Source: an uncultured Verrucomicrobiae bacterium
GTDB lineage: Bacteria > Verrucomicrobiota > Verrucomicrobiia > Opitutales > JABDGR01
DNA: 64,000 bases
NCBI GenBank assembly: GCA_963765205.1
Contig: CAVXVB010000007.1
Coordinates: 256,001-320,000, forward strand
Direction of reading: 5' to 3'
The position numbers were made by a program, and so were the translations under genes. The notes under the pieces were generated by a model. The model ran no database searches and had not been told where the DNA came from. It worked only from the letters and a program-made list of their open reading frames with translations. This document shows, in pieces, positions 58,204-64,000 of the stretch. Each line of letters starts with the position of its first letter. Position 1 is the first letter of the stretch.

Positions 58204-60308
58204 AGCAAATCGAAGGGCACCGATGAGCGCCCAAACCGCGCCAGCTCGGCGGTGATGGCCGGGTCGTTCGCCGTCCAGTCCGCCCGCAACAGGGCGACGT
58301 TCTCGCGGTTGAATTCCGCCCGCACCCGGTCCGTTGAGTGGAATAACACATCCTTGTTCGCCTGGCACGTCAGGCACCAGCGCGCGGTGAAGTCCACATA
58401 AATCGGCCGCCCTTCCTTTTGCAATTCGGCCACGCGCTCCGCCGACCACGGTTGCCAACCCAAATCCTGCAGTGGCCAATACGCCACCGCAATCGCCGCA
58501 ATGAGCAACAGCAACCCGCCGATTTGCCCCGCGCGCCGCCGCGCCGGGCTGGCGGCGGCTGTCGCATAGCGCCCGTAAAACCACGCCGCCAGCCCCGCCA
58601 GCACCAGCGCGAGCAGGATATTTAAAAAACGCTCCTCCGGCGTAACTTGCCCGGCAAGCGTGTAGAGCAAAAAGCCCACCGTCGCATACAGCGGAAACGC
58701 CATGAGCTGCTTAAATGTCTCCATCCACGCCCCCGGCCGCGGCAGCGCCCGCGCCAACCCGGGCCACAGCGACAGCACCAGATAGGGCGACGCCAGGCCC
58801 AGCGCGATGGCGGTGAACACTACATACGCCGCGCCCGCGGGCAGCGTGAACGCCGCACCCAACGCCGGCGCCAGCAGCGGCGCGGTGCAAGGCGTCGCCA
58901 CCACCACCGCCAGACCGCCCTGGAAAAACGACCCCGCCAATCCCGTTTTTTCGCTTAAATCCCCGCCCGCGCCAATGAGCGAGCCGCCGACTTCAAACAC
59001 GCCGCTCAAACTCAGCGCAAAAAGTAAAAAGAAAATCGCCAGCCCAATGACAAACCCCGGCGACTGCAACTGGAAACCCCAGCCCAGTTGCGCGCCCGCC
59101 GCGCGCAACGCGAGCAGCACGCCCACCAGCACCCACATGCTTGCCACCACGCCCGCCGTGTAGGCCAGCCCGTGCCCGGCCACCCTCCCTCCCGCCGCCC
59201 CCGCCTGCCGCGCCAGCCCCAGCGCCTTGATTCCCAAAACCGGAAAAACACACGGCATAATATTTAATATCAATCCACCGAAAAACCCCAGCACCAGCAA
59301 CCCCGCCAGGCCACCCGCCGGGGCCGGGGCGGCCATCGTCGCCGCGAAATCCGCGAACGCTGCGGGCGGCGTGTTATCCAACGGCGCGACGACGGCGAAG
59401 CCCGCGCTCCCCGCGCCGTCGAACGTCAATACGCCGGGCAGTGTTGTAACGCCGGAGGGTGCGGAAGCGGCACGGCTCAGTTCGAGCACCCAGCCCGCGC
59501 GGGTGCGGTGCAAAATCTGCGGCGCGGCGGCTTTTGTCTGGCTGTCGGCGGAATAGAAATACGCCCCGGTCAGTTGTGCCGGGACTTGCGCGCCGGTCCG
59601 CGGCTCCAGACCCAGAAAAAGTTGGTCGCCCTGCCGCCAAGCCGAAATGTCAAACATCATCTCAGGCTGGGGCAGCGCCGCCCGCGCCGCGTCAAACTCC
59701 GGCTGGTTGGCGGCATCAACCGGCGCCGTGGCTGCCACCGGCAACTCTAGCGAAACATTGCCCCCCCCCTGTTTGCAATTCGCGTCGGAACACTCCAGCC
59801 AGTCCACTTTGGCGGCCAGTTTGGCCGTGTCGCCTGGTTTCAAGCCCGCGGGCGGCGTGAGCGTCACCAGCATCACCGCCGTGCCCTCGTAGCCGTAATC
59901 CATGAAATTATCGAGGGGCAGTTTTTTTGGCGTCGGCCATTGCAGCGGCCCGGCCGTCCACCCCGGTGGCAGTTGCCATTCGACGGTCGTCGGTCCACCC
60001 GCGTCCCCATAATTGATCCAATACGTATGCCACCCCGGATCCATTTTCAAACGCAAGGCCACCGTCACGGGCTGCCCGGGGGCGACCGCGCTCGTCTCCG
60101 CCAGCAAGTCCGCCTGCGTGTGGGTTTCCGTCAGCAAGTCAGTCTGAGTCGGCCCGCCCGTGCCGAATCCGGGCAGTCCCGTCAACGTCGCCGCCGCGCA
60201 GATTAAGCTCGCGCCGCCGAGATAAAATATCCCCGCGACCCAGCCCGCCAGGCCGGCTCGCCGCGCCTGTCGCAGAAACTCACCCAGCCATGGCCCATAA
60301 TTCATCAT
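58107..60308 (-). CDS. dsbD: DsbD-family thiol:disulfide interchange protein; start uncertain
   Basis: GWHTYW, WLEC....C, NIMPCVFP, ATPCTAP, WCLTC. Confidence 0.88.
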   Translation of the reverse strand: MMNYGPWLGEFLRQARRAGLAGWVAGIFYLGGASLICAAATLTGLPGFGTGGPTQTDLLTETHTQADLLAETSAVAPGQPVTVALRLKMDPGWHTYWINYGDAGGPTTVEWQLPPGWTAGPLQWPTPKKLPLDNFMDYGYEGTAVMLVTLTPPAGLKPGDTAKLAAKVDWLECSDANCKQGGGNVSLELPVAATAPVDAANQPEFDAARAALPQPEMMFDISAWRQGDQLFLGLEPRTGAQVPAQLTGAYFYSADSQTKAAAPQILHRTRAGWVLELSRAASAPSGVTTLPGVLTFDGAGSAGFAVVAPLDNTPPAAFADFAATMAAPAPAGGLAGLLVLGFFGGLILNIMPCVFPVLGIKALGLARQAGAAGGRVAGHGLAYTAGVVASMWVLVGVLLALRAAGAQLGWGFQLQSPGFVIGLAIFFLLFALSLSGVFEVGGSLIGAGGDLSEKTGLAGSFFQGGLAVVVATPCTAPLLAPALGAAFTLPAGAAYVVFTAIALGLASPYLVLSLWPGLARALPRPGAWMETFKQLMAFPLYATVGFLLYTLAGQVTPEERFLNILLALVLAGLAAWFYGRYATAAASPARRRAGQIGGLLLLIAAIAVAYWPLQDLGWQPWSAERVAELQKEGRPIYVDFTARWCLTCQANKDVLFHSTDRVRAEFNRENVALLRADWTANDPAITAELARFGRSSVPFDLLYLPGRADPVVLPAVLTPDIVLEALAGKTAAP

Positions 60309-60525
60309 ACCGGACGGTTCTAACACCTGCCGGCCTCGCCGCCAAGGTTTCATCTTACTCATCTTGCGCGCCGCGAAATGCACCTCGCCCGCACAACCCG
60401 GGAAAATTCGGCAAACCGGCCGGCAACCTAATCTATGGAACGATATCATCCGGTTTAAACTGCGGGGTGAGGAAGGCGACCTGCTTTTCCAAACGATTTT
60501 TCACGCTAAACATTGCATCCCGGCC

Positions 60526-60549
60526 CAAATAAAGTTAAACGCTTATTTG
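60526..60549. promoter_or_regulatory. Candidate TetR operator
   Basis: CAAATAA-N10-TTATTTG just upstream of the tetR ATG. Confidence 0.5.
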
Positions 60550-60564
60550 AATTACCCCCGTCGG

Positions 60565-61251
60565 ATGGCCACCCCCCGCAAATCCACCGCCGCCACCCGC
60601 GAGCGCCTCATCCGCGCCGCCGAGCGCTGCTTCACGGAGCACGGCTACGAAGCCGCGTCCCTGCGCCAAATCACCCGCCTGGCCGGCGTGAACCTCGCCT
60701 CCGTCAATTATCACTTCTCCTCCAAAAAAGAGTTGTGGCTGGAAATCATGCAGCGCCGCCTCGTCCCCCTCAACGCCGAGCGCGTGCGCCTGCTCGAAGT
60801 CGCGCGCGCTGCCACGCCCCTTGGCCGCCCGCTCCCCGTCGAGCAAATTTGCGAGGCCATGCTCCTGCCCCTCCTCCATGTCTTTCAGGAAAACCGCACT
60901 TCGAGCGTCTGCGTCGCGCGCATGGTCGGCCGCGCCATCAACGTCCCCCAATCGCTCACCCGCGAGCTGAACCGCCGCAACCTCGACGAATTCTGGCGCA
61001 TCTTCCACGCCGCCCTGCGCGACGCCCTCCCCGGCGTCCCGGCCGCCGAGCTGGATTGGAAATTTTATTTCCTCATGTCCTCAATGATCGGCGCGCTCGC
61101 CTGGCAGGGCCGGCAGCCCGGCGTCGAACGCCAGTTGAACACCGAAAACCTCGAACCCATGCTCCGCCGCCTCTCCGTCTTTATCGCCGGCGGCCTGCGC
61201 ACCCCCCTCCTCGGCGCGACCAAGAGCAAAGACGCCAAAGCCAAAGCCTGA
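60565..61251 (+). CDS. TetR family regulator (PsrA-like)
   Basis: SLRQITRLAGVNLASVNYHFSSK HTH. Confidence 0.92.
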   Translation: MATPRKSTAATRERLIRAAERCFTEHGYEAASLRQITRLAGVNLASVNYHFSSKKELWLEIMQRRLVPLNAERVRLLEVARAATPLGRPLPVEQICEAMLLPLLHVFQENRTSSVCVARMVGRAINVPQSLTRELNRRNLDEFWRIFHAALRDALPGVPAAELDWKFYFLMSSMIGALAWQGRQPGVERQLNTENLEPMLRRLSVFIAGGLRTPLLGATKSKDAKAKA

Positions 61252-61277
61252 AGCGCGGTTCTTGAGGAGAACTGGGT

Positions 61278-61439
61278 TTCACCGCCAAGCCGCGAAGGCC
61301 GTCTTTTCAATCCAAGACAACCACGGATAGCACGGATAAGAAGATGTGGCCGCTGCCTTCGAGATGAAAGACATCCGTGCTATCCGTGCCATCCGTGGTT
61401 AAATTCTTTCCTCCGCGCCCTTTGCGTCTTCGCGGTGAA
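61278..61439. repeat. Nested palindromic elements
   Basis: Outer TTCACCGC...GCGGTGAA enclosing AACCACGGAT...ATCCGTGGTT (61319-61400). Confidence 0.8.
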
Positions 61440-61454
61440 CTTTCCTCACCCGCC

Positions 61455-61757
61455 CTACGCCTCCTCGAATTTCCGCGCGAACAACGCCTCCATCTCGCGC
61501 AACAACGCCTCCGCCCCGTCCCCGCTCGCCCGGAAGCGCAGTTTTGTCCCATGCCCCGCCGCCAGCATCATCAACCCCATGATGCTCTTGCCATTGACGG
61601 ACTCGTCGTCCTTTTCCACCCACACCTCCGCGTCGCTGAATTTATTCGACACCCGCACCATCATCGCGGCCGGGCGCGCGTGAATCCCCATCTTGTTTTG
61701 CACGATGAGCACGCGTTCAATACCGTCGGCCGGCGGGGTGTTTTGGGTGGCGGGCAT
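61455..61757 (-). CDS. ptsH: Phosphocarrier protein HPr
   Basis: GIHARPAA (His15), NGKSIMGLMML (Ser46). Confidence 0.95.
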   Translation of the reverse strand: MPATQNTPPADGIERVLIVQNKMGIHARPAAMMVRVSNKFSDAEVWVEKDDESVNGKSIMGLMMLAAGHGTKLRFRASGDGAEALLREMEALFARKFEEA

Positions 61758-61946
61758 GGAAAGGAAGTCGCCGGGGCACGCCCAACCCTTCAGCCGGTGT
61801 TAAGCACGCCCCCGCTGGGTTAATAAACCAACGAATCCCCCCGGAGTCAAGCCGCCGCCGGTAAATAGAATATAAAAACGGCGTTAAAAAAACGGGGACG
61901 AAATTAGGTCAGGCGATGGGATATAAGGGGGGCCAACCGTGCGTCG

Positions 61947-62273
61947 TCAAAGCTCCACGACAGTCAGCGCCCGTTTTTGCGCCGTGGTCACCGCCGCGAG
62001 CATCGCCGGGAGCAGCGGACGCAAATCGTCGAGGTCGTTGGAGACGGCGCGCACGAGCAAGATCGCGATTTCAAATTTTGGCAGGTTTTGCTGGTGCGGG
62101 ATGCCCTGGTCCAACGTCAGGAAAACATCAAATTGCGCCTGCGCCAAGGCTAGGAGCCGGCCATTTTGGATGCCGCCCCAACCCATGCCCACCACCGTGG
62201 AAACCTGGTGGCCGGTCAAGAGCGGCCCCAATTGCCACGGCAGGTTTTCGTCAAGCAGGATGCGCGAGCGCAC
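61947..62273 (-). CDS. DUF5615 PIN-like toxin (copy 2)
   Basis: RILLDENLP, FLTLDQGIP.QQNL shared with copy 1. Confidence 0.87.
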   Translation of the reverse strand: MRSRILLDENLPWQLGPLLTGHQVSTVVGMGWGGIQNGRLLALAQAQFDVFLTLDQGIPHQQNLPKFEIAILLVRAVSNDLDDLRPLLPAMLAAVTTAQKRALTVVEL

Positions 62274-62499
62274 CCTCCTCCACGGCGTGCTCCTTGGCCT
62301 CCTCCAGCGCCGCCCGGCATTGCTCGCGCGTCACGGACGGAAAACTCTCCAAAAAATAATCCACCGTGCGGCCCCGTTCCAGGTAGTCAAACAAGCTGCG
62401 CACCGGCACCCGCGTGCCCACGAACACCACCGTCCCGCCCAGAATGTCCGGGTCGGAGTGATAAACACGGCGTCCATGAGCCTGTCGAACGGCTTTCAT
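62251..62499 (-). CDS. DUF433 antitoxin (copy 2)
   Basis: VYHSDPDILGG, GTRVPVRSLFD. Confidence 0.9.
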   Translation of the reverse strand: MKAVRQAHGRRVYHSDPDILGGTVVFVGTRVPVRSLFDYLERGRTVDYFLESFPSVTREQCRAALEEAKEHAVEEGALAHPA

Positions 62500-62555
62500 A
62501 CCCGCATTATCGCCGCTTCCGGTGAAAAGGCAAGACCCCTCCCGCCTGGTTAGTT

Positions 62556-62664
62556 GTAGGGGCGTCGCTTGCCGACGGCCCCTCGGGATTTTTGCAGACC
62601 CGACTGAGTAGGCTCTGTTTTTGTAACTGTCTCGACTCGTAGCGCGGTGCTTTAGCCCGCGCTC
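62556..62664 (+). repeat. Two single GTAG-type REP-like units
   Basis: GTAGGGGCGTCGCTTGCCGACGGCCC at 62556 and GTAGCGCGGTGCTTTAGCCCGCGCTC at 62639. Confidence 0.65.
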
Positions 62665-62824
62665 TGGGATAGAATCGAATTAACAGCGTTGCATATCTGT
62701 GGAACAAAAATTCCGTTTTCATCTTTCGAGCTGGTTTCGCCGATCACAACCATTTTGCCTGTTGGCGGATATGTCCTAATTCCGCGTTGATTTTGCGGTG
62801 AGCTTGAATTGCGGATGCCTCTAG

Positions 62825-63677
62825 AGGCTGTCCGAAAAGTAGGCCAGTCGGCATGGAAGGTGCTTTCGGAGTGGGATGTTTATAACTGACAAACAATGGG
62901 AGATTATAAGTCCTGTGTTGCAACGGCCCAAGCGCAGCGTGTTTGGGCGGCCCCGGGCCAACGAGCGGGAGGTGTTCGAAGCCATCCTGTTCATGCTGCA
63001 CACGGGCATGCCGTGGAAGCTGCTGCCACGCAGCTTTCCCCCCAAGTCCACCGTGCATGACTACCTGCAACAGTGGAGCCAGTCGCGGGCCTTCCGCATG
63101 CTGTTCGCCCAAGTTATCCGGCACTTGATTGAGGTTGGGCGCATCGATGTGGAAGAATGCTTCGTGGACGCCACCTTTGCGGCGGCCAAGGGCGGTGGTG
63201 ACGCCGTGGGGCTGTCGCCCAAGGGCAAGGGCACGAAGGTGCAGTTAGTCGTTGATGGGCAAGGCATTCCGCTGGCGCTGTCGGTGGACGCCTCTGGCGT
63301 TCCCGAACACGACATGGTGCAGCAAACGCTCGACTTGGGCCAGCCCGAGGCCCAGCCGCAACGCCTCATCGGCGACAAGGCTTACGACGTGGATGAACTG
63401 GACGAAACCCTCGCCGAACTGGGCATCGAAATGATCGCCCCGCACCGCAAAAACCGCCGGCCCGAAAACGTCACCCAGGACGGACGACCGCGGCGCCGCT
63501 ACCGCCGCCGCTGGAGAGTCGAACGCACCATCGCCTGGCTGGGCTATCACCGTCGTTTGCTCACCCGCTGGGAAAAACACGCTTCGCTCTTCTGCGCTTT
63601 TGCCACGCTCGGCTGCCTCATGATCGCGCTACCTCATCTGCCCATCACTTGACCAAAGCAGACTTTTCGGACAGCCT
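62825..63677 (+). mobile_element. IS5-family insertion sequence, about 853 bp
   Basis: Perfect 16-bp IR AGGCTGTCCGAAAAGT / ACTTTTCGGACAGCCT flanked by a CTAG direct repeat. Confidence 0.93.
62876..63652 (+). CDS. IS5-family DDE transposase
   Basis: TDKQW, TGMPW..LP..FPP, VDAT, GDKAY, RWRVER. Confidence 0.93.
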   Translation: MFITDKQWEIISPVLQRPKRSVFGRPRANEREVFEAILFMLHTGMPWKLLPRSFPPKSTVHDYLQQWSQSRAFRMLFAQVIRHLIEVGRIDVEECFVDATFAAAKGGGDAVGLSPKGKGTKVQLVVDGQGIPLALSVDASGVPEHDMVQQTLDLGQPEAQPQRLIGDKAYDVDELDETLAELGIEMIAPHRKNRRPENVTQDGRPRRRYRRRWRVERTIAWLGYHRRLLTRWEKHASLFCAFATLGCLMIALPHLPIT

Positions 63678-64000
63678 CTAGGGTGTCTATGTCTGGATTA
63701 TCCTTGTGGGAAATATGTATCCCGTCTTCTTTAATAAAAATCCAGCTTAGTTGACATTTTCCAGAGCAAAATAAGTCGTAGCTCTTACATCCTACAATGA
63801 CATAAATATAAGGATGCTAAGGTTTTAGATTTTCGCTTTTGGAAAATTGTCGCAGCTTATTCATGGCTGAAAAGACACCGAACGGAATTGGTTTCGATTG
63901 GGCTGTTGCATAAGATAGGGGAGCCAAATGAGACACAGCGGCTTCCAATCGTGGCAATGGCACTACATGAGTTGGTAGTGCAAAAAGGCGTCGCAACCCC

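Larger units (their letters stand above)
62744..64000 (-). pseudogene. Low-GC gene remnant interrupted by the IS and by an in-frame TAG
   Basis: Removing the IS joins ...KDNPDIDTL-EASAIQAHRK...WL*; TAG at 63817-63819; the frame is open to the right edge. Confidence 0.55.

Overview
GC-rich bacterial chromosome segment, most likely Verrucomicrobiota/Opitutales-like (inferred from WxxxDP-repeat proteins, a DUF4032 protein, an ECF sigma factor with a fused TM tail and PVC-type intergenic repeats). The backbone is housekeeping and envelope genes: metW, tatD, trxB, cbpA-like, mdh, a DAHP synthase, ygfZ, dinB, psd, glgB, ubiB-like, sixA, an OYE, rpmG, mrp, rlmN, MATE, dsbD-like, ptsH, tRNA-Glu(TTC) and tRNA-Leu(TAG). 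The most interesting part is an accessory block at about 28.3-34.3 kb. It holds two divergent PadR operons, each followed by two membrane proteins that share a conserved N-terminal HAAS/permease-prefix-like domain but have different, AT-richer C-terminal modules, one of them Wzz/CpsC-like. Both padR genes have the same leaderless TTGACA-N17-TAT(A/G)GT-N6-ATG promoter with a shared ATACCTC palindromic operator. An AbrB-VapC toxin-antitoxin pair sits between the operons, and an atypical stand-alone class III cyclase plus a Fic remnant lie at the left edge. Also present: a type III PKS/FAD oxidoreductase/methyltransferase triad, three tandem GT-C-like paralogs (each frameshifted), two DUF433-PIN TA pairs, an intact IS5-family element, a MITE and many heptamer and palindromic intergenic repeats. 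Several single-base frameshifts suggest assembly indel errors. All family assignments come from motif recognition by eye; no database searches were run.
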